Of a DNA stretch of 64,000 nucleotides, positions 8,360 to 16,719 are shown in pieces. Below the pieces are notes generated by a model. That model was not told the origin of the DNA. It was given only the letters and a program-made list of their open reading frames with translations, and did no database searches. Location of the stretch: positions 1,459-65,458 of the forward strand of contig JAFZRH010000031.1 of assembly GCA_017619975.1 (NCBI GenBank), written 5' to 3'. Position 1 is the first letter of the stretch. Each line of letters begins with the position of its first letter. Source of the DNA: Lachnospiraceae bacterium (GTDB taxonomy: Bacteria > Bacillota > Clostridia > Lachnospirales > Lachnospiraceae). The position numbers were made by a program, and so were the translations under genes.

Positions 8360-10105
8360 TTATTCCAAGGCGCCCATCTGCGCGGTGCAGATGTCGCGGT
8401 AGTAATCGCAGGTCTTCATAAGCTCGTCGTGGGGGCCGTAGCCGATGCAGGCGCCGTCCTTGAGGACGAGGATGTTGGTGAGGTGGCGGATGGAGCTGAC
8501 GCGCTGGGCGATCATGATCAGGGTGGAGTCCTGATAGCGCTCTGACAGGGTCTTGCGGAGCTCGGCGTCCGTGCGGTAGTCCAGCGCGGATGAGGAGTCG
8601 TCCAGGATCAGGATACGGGGGCGCGCGGCCAGGCTGCGCGCGATCAGCAGGCGCTGCTTCTGTCCGCCGGACAGGTTGGCGCCCTTGATGTCCGCGACGA
8701 AATCCAGGCCGCCCTTCAGGCCGTAGACGAAATCCGCGGCCATCGCGTCCCTGACCGCCGCGTCCACCTGTTCCGTGGTGAGGCCGCGGCCGAAGTCCAC
8801 GTTGTTGAAGAGCGTGTCGTTGAAGACCATGTCGTTTTGGAAGACCACTCCGAACTGGCTGCGCAGCTCATCCGGCTCGTAGCCGCGCACGTCGCGGCCG
8901 CCGATAAACACGCCGCCGTCCTTCACGTCATAGAAGCGCATCAGCAGCTGCAGGACCGTGGATTTGCCGGCGCCGGTGGGACCGATGATGCCCAGGCTCT
9001 CGCCTTCCTTCACGGCGAAGCTGATCCCGTCCAGGGCCAGCGCCTGCTCGCCGTCGCGGATCACCCCGTCGGCCTCCTGATAGCGGAAGCGCACGTTCTC
9101 CATGCGGATGAGCTCGTCGCCGCCGGGCTGCCGGCATTCCTCTGTCGCCAGCACGGGCTGGTCCTCCGGCGCCGCCAGCACGTCCGCGATGCGGTTGGCG
9201 GAGGCGGACGCCTTGCTCAGCATGATGAAGATCCGGTTGAGCGCCATCACGCTCATCAGGATCGTGTTGAAATAGGTCAGGCTGCCGAGGATGACGCCGG
9301 GCTTCATCGCGCCGGCGTTGACACGCGAGGCGCCCACGTACACCACCAGCGCCAGGCCCGCATTCAGACAAAGGTTCATCACCGGGCCGGGCAGCGCCAT
9401 CACGGTGGAGGCGCGGGTGTTGCTGCGGTACATCTCCTCGTTGGCTTTTTCAAAGCGCCGCTGCTCGTAATCCTTCTTGGAGAGCGCTTTCACGACGCGG
9501 ATGCCGGTGATGTTTTCACGCATGATGCGGACGACGGTGTCCAGTTTTTCCTGCACGATATTGAACAGCGGGATGCCTTTGCGGGAGACGAAGAAGATGA
9601 AGAGACCCAGCGGGATGATGATGGCGACCAGGATGGAGGCCAGCACGACGTCCATGCTGAACATCATGAGGATGCCGCCCAGCATCAGGAACGGCGCGCG
9701 CACGCACATCGCCTGCAGGGTCTGGGCGAACTGCTGGATATTGTAGCTGTCGCTGGTCATGCGGCTGGTGAGGGACGGAAGGGTGAAGAGGTCGAAGCGC
9801 GTGCCGGAGAGGCGGGCGGTCTTTTCGAACAGGTCCTGACGGACTGCGAAGGCCACTTCCTTGGCGTTGCGCACGGCGGCGCGGTTGGCCAGGATGTTGA
9901 GGCCGGCGGTCAGGGCCGCGACGAGGATCATCGCGAGGCCCCAGAGCACGACGAAGCGGACCTCCCCGGTCGGGACGATCTCGTCGATGATATGGGTCAG
10001 GATGCGGGGCAGGAGCAATTCAAACATCGCCGCGAGGAATTTCAGCGTCATCGCGGCGGCCAGTCTGCCTTTCAGCTTACCCAAATAAGACAGTATCAAC
10101 TTCAT
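8360..10105 (-). CDS. ABC exporter, fused permease/ATPase (heterodimer subunit A)
   Basis: 581 aa. TM domain, Walker A GPTGAGKST, signature LSGGQKQRL, Walker B ILILDDSSSALD. It lies 10 nt upstream of its partner. Confidence 0.9.
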   Translation of the reverse strand: MKLILSYLGKLKGRLAAAMTLKFLAAMFELLLPRILTHIIDEIVPTGEVRFVVLWGLAMILVAALTAGLNILANRAAVRNAKEVAFAVRQDLFEKTARLSGTRFDLFTLPSLTSRMTSDSYNIQQFAQTLQAMCVRAPFLMLGGILMMFSMDVVLASILVAIIIPLGLFIFFVSRKGIPLFNIVQEKLDTVVRIMRENITGIRVVKALSKKDYEQRRFEKANEEMYRSNTRASTVMALPGPVMNLCLNAGLALVVYVGASRVNAGAMKPGVILGSLTYFNTILMSVMALNRIFIMLSKASASANRIADVLAAPEDQPVLATEECRQPGGDELIRMENVRFRYQEADGVIRDGEQALALDGISFAVKEGESLGIIGPTGAGKSTVLQLLMRFYDVKDGGVFIGGRDVRGYEPDELRSQFGVVFQNDMVFNDTLFNNVDFGRGLTTEQVDAAVRDAMAADFVYGLKGGLDFVADIKGANLSGGQKQRLLIARSLAARPRILILDDSSSALDYRTDAELRKTLSERYQDSTLIMIAQRVSSIRHLTNILVLKDGACIGYGPHDELMKTCDYYRDICTAQMGALE

Positions 10106-10130
10106 ACCGCCTTCACTTTACCATATTTTT

Positions 10131-10160
10131 TTGGAAAAAACCATAGAAATATGGTATAAT
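10131..10160 (+). promoter_or_regulatory. Sigma-70/SigA-type promoter with extended -10 for uvrC
   Basis: TTGGAA (10131-10136), 18-nt spacer, TGgTATAAT (10152-10160). The uvrC ATG lies 7 nt after the -10. Confidence 0.55.
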
Positions 10161-10166
10161 CCCGCT

Positions 10167-12041
10167 ATGAGCTTTTCCATTAAAGACGAACTGAAGAAAC
10201 TGCCGGACGCCCCGGGCGTGTACCTGATGCACGACGAGGAGGGGCGGATCCTTTACGTGGGAAAAGCGTCCAGCCTGAAGAACCGCGTGAAATCGTACTT
10301 CGCGAAGACCGTGAACCGCGGGCCGCAGATCATCAAGATGATCGGCGAGATCGCGTGGTTCGAGACCATCACCGTCAGTTCGGAGACCGAAGCGCTGATC
10401 CTGGAATGCAATCTGATCAAGGAGCACCGCCCTCCGTACAACACGCTGCTGATGGATGACAAGACATATCCGTACGTGTGCCTCACCTCCGAGGCCTACC
10501 CGCGCGTGTACCTGAGCCGCCGCCTGAAGCGCGATAAAAACGAGTATTTCGGGCCGTTCACGAACGTGACCGCGGTGCGCGAGGCCGTGCGGCTGATGGA
10601 GACGATCTTTACGCTGCGGACCTGCAGCCGGCGGCTCCCGGAAGATCAGGGAAAGGAACGCCCCTGCCTGCAGTACCAGATGGGCCGCTGCCCCGCGCCG
10701 TGCCTGAAGGACGGGATCACGCCGGAGGAGTACGCGGAGAACGTGGAGAAGGCGCGGCGGTTCCTGAAGGGCGATTACCGGCCGGCGCTGACGTACCTGA
10801 AAGAGAAGATGCAGGAGGCGGCGGAGCGGCTGGATTTTGAAGAAGCGGCGCGGTACCGTGACCTGATGCAGGACGTGAAGGTGCTCGCGGAGAAGCAGAA
10901 GATCTCAGAGGCCGGCGGCGAGGACCGCGATATCCTGGCGCTGGCCGTGAAGGACGGCGAAGGCATCGCGGAGATCTTCTTCATCCGGAACGGCCGGATG
11001 ATCGGCCGCGACCACAGCCGCATCGAGGCCGTGGAAGAGGAACCGGCGGTGCTGCTGTCGCAGGTGATCCGCCAGTTCTACAGCGGGACACCGTTCCTGC
11101 CGCGGGAGATCCTGGTGGAGACCGAGCCGGAGGACCGCGAACTGCTGGAAGCGGTCCTGAGCAGCCGCGCGGGCCGGAAAGTGACGGTGCGCGTCCCGCA
11201 GCGGGGCGAAAAACGCGGCCTGCTGGACCTGGCGGCGGAAAACGCGGCGCGCGAGCTGGAGCGCCTGCAGACCCAGGCGAAGCGCGAGGAAGAGCGCAGC
11301 GTCGGGGCCCTGAAGGGACTGCAGGAACTGCTGGGCATGGCGGAACTGCGGCGCATCGAGGCGTACGACATCTCGCATATCAGCGGCTTTGCCACCGTCG
11401 GTTCGATGGTGGTGTATGAGGAAGGCCGCCCGAAAAAGAACGATTACCGGAAGTTCCGCATCCGGTTCGTGGAAGGCAACAACGACACGGCGTCGCTGAC
11501 GGAGGTGCTTTACCGGCGCTTCACACACGGGCTGAAGGAACAGGATATGGTACGCGAGAGCATCGGGTACGACGCGGCGGACTCGTTCCTGCGCTTCCCG
11601 GACCTGATCCTGATGGACGGCGGGAAAGGGCAGGTGCACGCAGCGCTGGACGTGCTGGCGCGGCTGGGCCTGCGCGTGCCTGTGTGCGGGATGGTCAAGG
11701 ACGATCATCACCGGACGCGCGGGCTGTATTTCGAGGACCGTGAGCTGCTCATCGATACGAAGAGTGAGGTGTTCAAGCTGATCACCCGCATCCAGGACGA
11801 GACGCACCGCTTCGCCATCGAATACCACCGCTCCCTGCGCGGCAAGAGCCAGGTCCACTCGATCCTGGACGACATCCCCGGCGTCGGCCCCGCCCGCCGC
11901 CGCGCCCTCCTGGCCGCCCTCCCCGACATCGACTCCATCCGCACCGCGGACTACTCCGCCCTGCTCGCCGTCCCCGGCATGAACGCCCCTTCCGCCCGCG
12001 CCGTCTACGCCTTCTTCCACGGCGGCGAAGTCCCGGAATGA
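10167..12041 (+). CDS. uvrC: Excinuclease ABC subunit C
   Basis: GIY-YIG N-terminus (PGVYLMHDEEGRILYVGKA), UvrB-interaction region, C-terminal endonuclease and HhH (GVGPARRRALL). I prefer ATG 10167 (MSFSIKDELKKLP) over the track's TTG at 10131, which coincides with the -35 box. Confidence 0.92.
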   Translation: MSFSIKDELKKLPDAPGVYLMHDEEGRILYVGKASSLKNRVKSYFAKTVNRGPQIIKMIGEIAWFETITVSSETEALILECNLIKEHRPPYNTLLMDDKTYPYVCLTSEAYPRVYLSRRLKRDKNEYFGPFTNVTAVREAVRLMETIFTLRTCSRRLPEDQGKERPCLQYQMGRCPAPCLKDGITPEEYAENVEKARRFLKGDYRPALTYLKEKMQEAAERLDFEEAARYRDLMQDVKVLAEKQKISEAGGEDRDILALAVKDGEGIAEIFFIRNGRMIGRDHSRIEAVEEEPAVLLSQVIRQFYSGTPFLPREILVETEPEDRELLEAVLSSRAGRKVTVRVPQRGEKRGLLDLAAENAARELERLQTQAKREEERSVGALKGLQELLGMAELRRIEAYDISHISGFATVGSMVVYEEGRPKKNDYRKFRIRFVEGNNDTASLTEVLYRRFTHGLKEQDMVRESIGYDAADSFLRFPDLILMDGGKGQVHAALDVLARLGLRVPVCGMVKDDHHRTRGLYFEDRELLIDTKSEVFKLITRIQDETHRFAIEYHRSLRGKSQVHSILDDIPGVGPARRRALLAALPDIDSIRTADYSALLAVPGMNAPSARAVYAFFHGGEVPE

Positions 12042-12124
12042 GGCCACTGGGGGACGGTTCCGGGTGGCCCTGTTCTGCACAAAAAAGATCAAACAGGGCC
12101 GGGAAGAACCGTCCCCCAGTGGCC
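12042..12124. repeat. 83-nt REP-like palindromic element (GGGACGGTTC family) downstream of uvrC
   Basis: GGCCACTGGGGGACGGTTC (12042-12060) is the perfect reverse complement of GAACCGTCCCCCAGTGGCC (12106-12124). An inner pair is GGCCCTGTT (12066-12074) / AACAGGGCC (12092-12100). Confidence 0.8.
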
Positions 12125-12149
12125 CTGTCTGGGCCGGCAAAATCATTGC

Positions 12150-12178
12150 TTGCACCGGCCGCATAAAACCGCTACAAT
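12150..12178 (+). promoter_or_regulatory. Candidate promoter for hprK-murB-whiA
   Basis: TTGCAC (12150-12155), 17-nt spacer, TACAAT (12173-12178), 35 nt upstream of the hprK ATG. Confidence 0.5.
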
Positions 12179-12212
12179 AAAACCATAAAATCCAACGAAA
12201 AACGGTGACGCC

Positions 12213-13148
12213 ATGAGTGGAATTACTTTACAGGAATTATCGGAGAAACTGAATCTGGTCAATCTGACGCCGGAGATCCCGCTGACGGACGTCGAGATCC
12301 ACAACCCGGAGCTGAACCGGCCGGCGCTGCAGCTGACGGGGTTCATGAAGCATTTCGATCCCACGCGCATCCAGATCGTGGGGATGGTGGAGTTCGAGTA
12401 TGTGAGCTCGCTGCCGGAGGAGGAGCGGATCATCGCTTATAAGCGGCTGCTGGATCTGCAGATCCCCTGCCTGGTCTTCACGCGGGATTACCGGCCGCGG
12501 GAGGACGTGGTGACCATGGCCCTGCAGCGGCGCATCCCGCTGCTCAGCACGTCGCTGCCGACTTCCGTGTTCGAGGCGCGCCTGCTGCGCCAGCTGGAGA
12601 TCTCCCTGGCGCCCATGGTGGCCATCCACGGCGTGCTGGTGGACGTGTTCGGCGAAGGCGTGCTGATCCTGGGCAACTCCGGCATCGGCAAGAGCGAGGC
12701 CGCGCTGGCGCTGGTCAAGCGCGGACACCGCCTGGTGGCGGACGACGTGGTCGAGATCCGGCGCTACAGCGAGCAGGAACTGGTCGGCCGCGCCCCGGAC
12801 GTGACGCGGTACCTGATGGAGCTCCGCGGCATCGGCGCCATCGACATCAAAGCCCTCTACGGCGTCGAATGCGTGGAGGACGAAAAGCATATCAGCATGG
12901 CGATCCGCCTGGAAGCCTGGGACCAGGGCAAGGCCTTCAACCGCCTGAACATGAAGGAAGACTACGTCGAGTACCTGGGCAACCGGCTGACCTGCTACAC
13001 GATCCCCCTGAGCCCCGGCCGCAACACGGCCGTCATCGTGGAGACCGCGGCGGTGAACTTCCGCCAGAAGCGGATGGGCTACGACGCCGGCAAGGAGCTG
13101 GAGCGCCGGATCATGGAGAAAATGGCGCGCGACCGGGCCCAGAATTAG
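12213..13148 (+). CDS. hprK: HPr kinase/phosphorylase
   Basis: 311 aa. Walker A GNSGIGKSE and the HprK signature LMELRGIGAIDI. Confidence 0.92.
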   Translation: MSGITLQELSEKLNLVNLTPEIPLTDVEIHNPELNRPALQLTGFMKHFDPTRIQIVGMVEFEYVSSLPEEERIIAYKRLLDLQIPCLVFTRDYRPREDVVTMALQRRIPLLSTSLPTSVFEARLLRQLEISLAPMVAIHGVLVDVFGEGVLILGNSGIGKSEAALALVKRGHRLVADDVVEIRRYSEQELVGRAPDVTRYLMELRGIGAIDIKALYGVECVEDEKHISMAIRLEAWDQGKAFNRLNMKEDYVEYLGNRLTCYTIPLSPGRNTAVIVETAAVNFRQKRMGYDAGKELERRIMEKMARDRAQN

Positions 13149-13157
13149 GAGGCGGAG

Positions 13158-14075
13158 ATGGCGGGGGACATCCTGAGTTTTGCGGAAGATTATACGGTGG
13201 CGACCGACGAGGTGGAGATCGTCCTGAGCGAGCCCATGCGGGAGCACACCAGTTTTCATATCGGCGGGAACGCGCAGGTCTTCGTGCGCCCGTACAGCGA
13301 GGAAGCGCTGGCCATCGGCCTGGAGCTGTGCCGGGCCTATGAATTGCCGCGCCATATCCTGGGCAAGGGGACCAATCTGCTGGTAAGCGATACCGGCGTG
13401 CGCGGCGTCGTGTTCGACATGACGACGCTGTGCGGCTGGCGCTTCGACGGCGGCCGGCTGTTTTCCCTGGCCGGGAGCCTGCTGCGGAATCTGGCGAAGG
13501 CGGCGGCGGAACGGTCGCTTACCGGCTTGGAATTCGCCCACGGCATCCCCGGCACGCTGGGCGGCGCGCTGACCATGAACGCCGGCGCGTACGGCGGGGA
13601 AATGAAGGATATCACGGAAAGCGTCCGGCTGATGGACGCGGACGGAAAGATCAGGGAACTCTCCGGCGCGGAGATGGATTTCGGGTACCGGCACAGCCGG
13701 ATGGAAGGCAGCGACGACATCATCCTGTCGGCGGTGCTGCGGCTGGCACTCGGCGAGCGGGAGGCCATCGAAGAGAAAATGCGCGAACTGGGGGAGAAGC
13801 GGCGTGAGAAGCAGCCGCTGGAATATCCCAGCGCGGGCAGCACGTTCAAGCGCCCGGAGGGCTATTTCGCCGGCAAACTGATCGAGGAAGCCGGGCTCAA
13901 GGGCTTTACGGTCGGCGGCGCGCAGGTGTCGGAAAAGCACGCCGGATTCGTGATCAATACGGGCCATGCGACGGCGCGCGACGTGTATGCGCTCTGCGAA
14001 GAGGTGTCGCGCCGCGTGCTGGAGAACAGCGGCGTCCGTCTGGAACGCGAAGTCCGGCTCTGGGGGGATTTCTGA
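13158..14075 (+). CDS. murB: UDP-N-acetylenolpyruvoylglucosamine reductase
   Basis: 305 aa. FAD-binding PCMH-type N-domain (HTSFHIGGNA..GKGTNLLVSD) and C-terminal MurB block (SAGSTFKRPEGYFAGKLIEEAGLKG). Confidence 0.92.
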   Translation: MAGDILSFAEDYTVATDEVEIVLSEPMREHTSFHIGGNAQVFVRPYSEEALAIGLELCRAYELPRHILGKGTNLLVSDTGVRGVVFDMTTLCGWRFDGGRLFSLAGSLLRNLAKAAAERSLTGLEFAHGIPGTLGGALTMNAGAYGGEMKDITESVRLMDADGKIRELSGAEMDFGYRHSRMEGSDDIILSAVLRLALGEREAIEEKMRELGEKRREKQPLEYPSAGSTFKRPEGYFAGKLIEEAGLKGFTVGGAQVSEKHAGFVINTGHATARDVYALCEEVSRRVLENSGVRLEREVRLWGDF

Positions 14076-15016
14076 TGGCCGGTTCGTTTTCCGGAGAGAC
14101 CAAGGAGATCTTAAGCCGCGTCCCGCTGAAGCCGCGGAGCCAGCGGCTGGCGGAACTCCACGCTTTAGCGGCCGGGATCGGGGATCTGGACGTGAAGGAG
14201 GACGGCTCCCTGGGCCTGATGATCCAGAGCGAAAATCTTCCCGCCGTGCGGCGGGGGGATTTTTTGATGCGTGCGCTCAGCGGCTGCGATCTGATGAGCA
14301 GCGTTTTCACGGTGCACGGCGGCTCCCCGGTCTATACGGTCACCCTGGAAGATCACCGCGCTGCGGTCCGCCTGCTGCAGGAACTCGGCTTCATGAACCG
14401 CCGCGGCGTCCTGCGCGAGGAGGGCCTGCCGGCGCCGGAAGGCATGCTGAAAAACGAGGCCTGCCGCCGCGCTTTTCTGCGCGGGGCTTTTCTGGCGGGC
14501 GGCTACGTCAGCGACCCGGAGGGGGCCTACCACTGGGAAGTGGTGACCACGAGCGAAGCCCGCGCGCAGGAACTGGCCGCGCTGCTGAAAGCCTGGGACC
14601 TGCCGGCCCGGGCGACCGTCCGCAAAGGCAGAAACCTGGTCTACATCAAGAGCAGCGAAGCGATCTCCTCCGTCCTCAGCCTGATGGGCGCTTACCAGAG
14701 CACCCTCCAGTGGGAGAACGCGCGCGCCTACCGCAGCCTGCAGGGCCAGGTGAACCGCCAGGTCAACTGCGACCTCGGCAACTCCGCGAAGGTGTCGCAG
14801 GCCGGGGAAACCCAGATCCGCGCGATTCAGACCATCCAGGAAAAGGCCGGCCTAGCGTCGCTCCCCCGTCCTTTGCAGGACATTGCCCGCCTCCGGCTCG
14901 CCAACCCGGACCTCCCCCTTAAAGACCTTGGCGCGCTGCTCGATCCGCCCGTCGGCAAATCCGGTGTGAACCACCGCCTGCGGAAACTGCTGCAGATCGC
15001 GGACGAACTGTCGTGA
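14075..15016 (+). CDS. whiA: DNA-binding protein WhiA
   Basis: 313 aa. N-terminal and LAGLIDADG-like WhiA domains (FLRGAFLAGGYVSDP) and C-terminal HTH (SGVNHRLRKL). The ATG overlaps the murB stop (TGATG). Confidence 0.9.
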   Translation: MAGSFSGETKEILSRVPLKPRSQRLAELHALAAGIGDLDVKEDGSLGLMIQSENLPAVRRGDFLMRALSGCDLMSSVFTVHGGSPVYTVTLEDHRAAVRLLQELGFMNRRGVLREEGLPAPEGMLKNEACRRAFLRGAFLAGGYVSDPEGAYHWEVVTTSEARAQELAALLKAWDLPARATVRKGRNLVYIKSSEAISSVLSLMGAYQSTLQWENARAYRSLQGQVNRQVNCDLGNSAKVSQAGETQIRAIQTIQEKAGLASLPRPLQDIARLRLANPDLPLKDLGALLDPPVGKSGVNHRLRKLLQIADELS

Positions 15017-15035
15017 CTGAAAACGGTGCCACTAA

Positions 15036-15074
15036 GGGACGGTTCTTTCTGGCACTGCCACTGGGAACCGTCCC
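15036..15074. repeat. REP-like inverted pair GGGACGGTTC ... GAACCGTCCC between whiA and prmA
   Basis: GGGACGGTTC at 15036-15045 and GAACCGTCCC at 15065-15074, with flanking GCCACT/GCCACTGG words shared with the 12042 copy. Confidence 0.75.
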
Positions 15075-15105
15075 CAAATGGCCTTATTTTTTACAAGGAA
15101 CTATT

Positions 15106-16158
15106 ATGGACTGGCATAAATATTCGATCATAATCGACCCGGCGCAGGAGGACGCTGTTGCAGCCCTCCTGTATTCGCTCGGCATTGAAGGCGTGGAGAT
15201 CGAGGACGGGATGATCCCGTCCGAGGAGGAACTCGGTCAAATGTTCGTGGACCTGTCGCCGGAGCTGGCGCCGGACGAGATGCCCGCGGTCGGCGAGCCG
15301 AAGATCAGTTTTTATCTGCGTGTCAGCGGGGACGACGGTTCCGCGCAGCCTCAGAGCGGCGATGTTACGGATGATTCCTACACCATTCACGACCGTCTCT
15401 GGTTCCCGGAAGAAGAGCTGGCACTGCTGCAGCAGCTGCGGGATAACTGGACCCGCCGGTTCCCCGGCTTGCCACTCCGCCTGGAGAGCGATATCAGCCG
15501 GGAAGAAGACTGGCGCGACAACTGGAAGCAGTATTATCAGCCGCTTCTGGTGAACGATCTGCTCATCCTCCCTGTCTGGGAGGACATCCCGAAGGAGTAC
15601 GCCGAAGCCGTGTGCAGCGGTGCGCTCAAACTGATCCGCCTGGACCCGGGCACCGCTTTCGGCAGCGGGACGCATGAATCTACGCGCCTCTGCCTGGACG
15701 GCCTGAAGAAGTGGATGCGCGGCGGCGAGACCGTTCTGGATATCGGCTGCGGTAGCGGCATCCTGGGGCTGGCGGCGCTGCAGTACGGCGCGTCGTCCGT
15801 GACCGCAACGGAACTTGATCCGGCCTGCAGTCACGTGATAGAAGAAAATTTATCTCTGAACAATGTAAACAAAGACTGCTTTAAGTTTTTTGAAGGAAAT
15901 ATTCTCTCCGACCCCGCCCTCGTCACCGGCCGCTTCGACCTCATCCTCTGCAACATCCTGGCCCCGGTCATCATCGCCCTGGCCGCCCCCGGCGCGGCGG
16001 ACCGGTACGCAAAAACCGGAGGGATCTTCATCACCTCCGGCATCTACAAAGAGCATCAGCAGGCCGTCGAAGCCGCTTTCCGCGCCAATCCCGCCTGGGA
16101 ATTTGTCGAGACCGTTCCTTTGAACGACTGGGTCAGTGTGGTGGCGCGGCGGAAATAA
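15106..16158 (+). CDS. prmA: Ribosomal protein L11 methyltransferase
   Basis: PrmA N-domain (MDWHKYSIIIDP...) and SAM motif DIGCGSGILGLAA. I prefer ATG 15106 with an AAGGA SD over the track start 15013, which would read through the REP element. Confidence 0.85.
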   Translation: MDWHKYSIIIDPAQEDAVAALLYSLGIEGVEIEDGMIPSEEELGQMFVDLSPELAPDEMPAVGEPKISFYLRVSGDDGSAQPQSGDVTDDSYTIHDRLWFPEEELALLQQLRDNWTRRFPGLPLRLESDISREEDWRDNWKQYYQPLLVNDLLILPVWEDIPKEYAEAVCSGALKLIRLDPGTAFGSGTHESTRLCLDGLKKWMRGGETVLDIGCGSGILGLAALQYGASSVTATELDPACSHVIEENLSLNNVNKDCFKFFEGNILSDPALVTGRFDLILCNILAPVIIALAAPGAADRYAKTGGIFITSGIYKEHQQAVEAAFRANPAWEFVETVPLNDWVSVVARRK

Positions 16159-16199
16159 AAAGAACCGGTGAAAACCGGCCCTGACACTTTGAATCAATA

Positions 16200-16237
16200 T
16201 GACAAAGGCATCGCCCCTTTGTCATGTTTCTTTTTTG
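16200..16237 (+). terminator. Intrinsic terminator after prmA (shared with convergent gtrA-like gene)
   Basis: ATGACAAAGG-CATCGCC-CCTTTGTCAT 10-bp stem followed by GTTTCTTTTTT. Confidence 0.7.
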
Positions 16238-16635
16238 TTCTTTTCCTGCGTATCCAGACTCTTCCCAAATACGAAAAACCTCTGATACAGGAACTCCGTG
16301 ACAAGGTTCAGCGCCATGTTCGCGAATGTCGCCAGGTACTCGTTCCAGCCCCACTGCATGGTGTACACGTGCTCCAGCCAGGAGGAGAGGGGCGTGAAGA
16401 CCGCGTAGTAGGCGGCGACCTTCAGCATGGCGATGGGCACGTTGGCGGCGGATTTGAACGTGAATTTGCGGTTCAGGGTGAAGTTCCACAGCACGGAGAG
16501 GACCAGCGCGGTCATGTAGCTGAGCCAGTAGGGCCAGTGGAGGAGTTCGTTGAACAGCGCGAAACTGCCGATCTCGATCAGACCGGCGCTGATGGAAAAA
16601 CATACAAATTTAACGGCGCGGGTGAATTCTTTCAT
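16222..16635 (-). CDS. GtrA-family membrane protein
   Basis: About 137 aa from ATG 16635 (MKEFTRAVKFVCFSISAGLIE...). Four TM segments and NFTLNRKFTF, typical of GtrA-like proteins. Confidence 0.8.
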   Translation of the reverse strand: MKEFTRAVKFVCFSISAGLIEIGSFALFNELLHWPYWLSYMTALVLSVLWNFTLNRKFTFKSAANVPIAMLKVAAYYAVFTPLSSWLEHVYTMQWGWNEYLATFANMALNLVTEFLYQRFFVFGKSLDTQEKNKKET

Positions 16636-16648
16636 ATTGCTTTGAAAA

Positions 16649-16709
16649 CCTGACAAAAGAACCGTCCCCCTGTCAGAAAACCTGACAAAGGGACGGTTCT
16701 TTTGTCAGG
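16649..16709. repeat. REP-like palindrome (perfect 20-bp arms containing the GAACCGTCCC core), probable bidirectional terminator
   Basis: CCTGACAAAAGAACCGTCCC (16649-16668) is the perfect reverse complement of GGGACGGTTCTTTTGTCAGG (16690-16709). It is followed by TTTTT, and the loop itself contains CTGTCAG/CCTGACA. Confidence 0.85.
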
Positions 16710-16719
16710 TTTTTCGGAC

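Noticed and set aside
10131-10166. TTG start extending uvrC by 12 codons
   Set aside because: The TTG coincides with the -35 hexamer of the only good promoter. The extension (MEKTIEIWYNPA) is not part of the conserved UvrC N-terminus.
12237-13967. 576-aa ORF on the - strand
   Set aside because: It is antisense to hprK and murB, both unambiguous, so it is a high-GC artefact.
13966-14922. 318-aa ORF on the + strand in another frame over whiA
   Set aside because: It overlaps the WhiA frame, which has clear family motifs. The product is Arg/Pro/Gly-rich nonsense.
15013-15105. N-terminal extension of prmA (track start 15013)
   Set aside because: It would translate through the REP-like inverted repeat and overlap the whiA stop. 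ATG 15106 has an SD and begins the conserved PrmA N-terminus.
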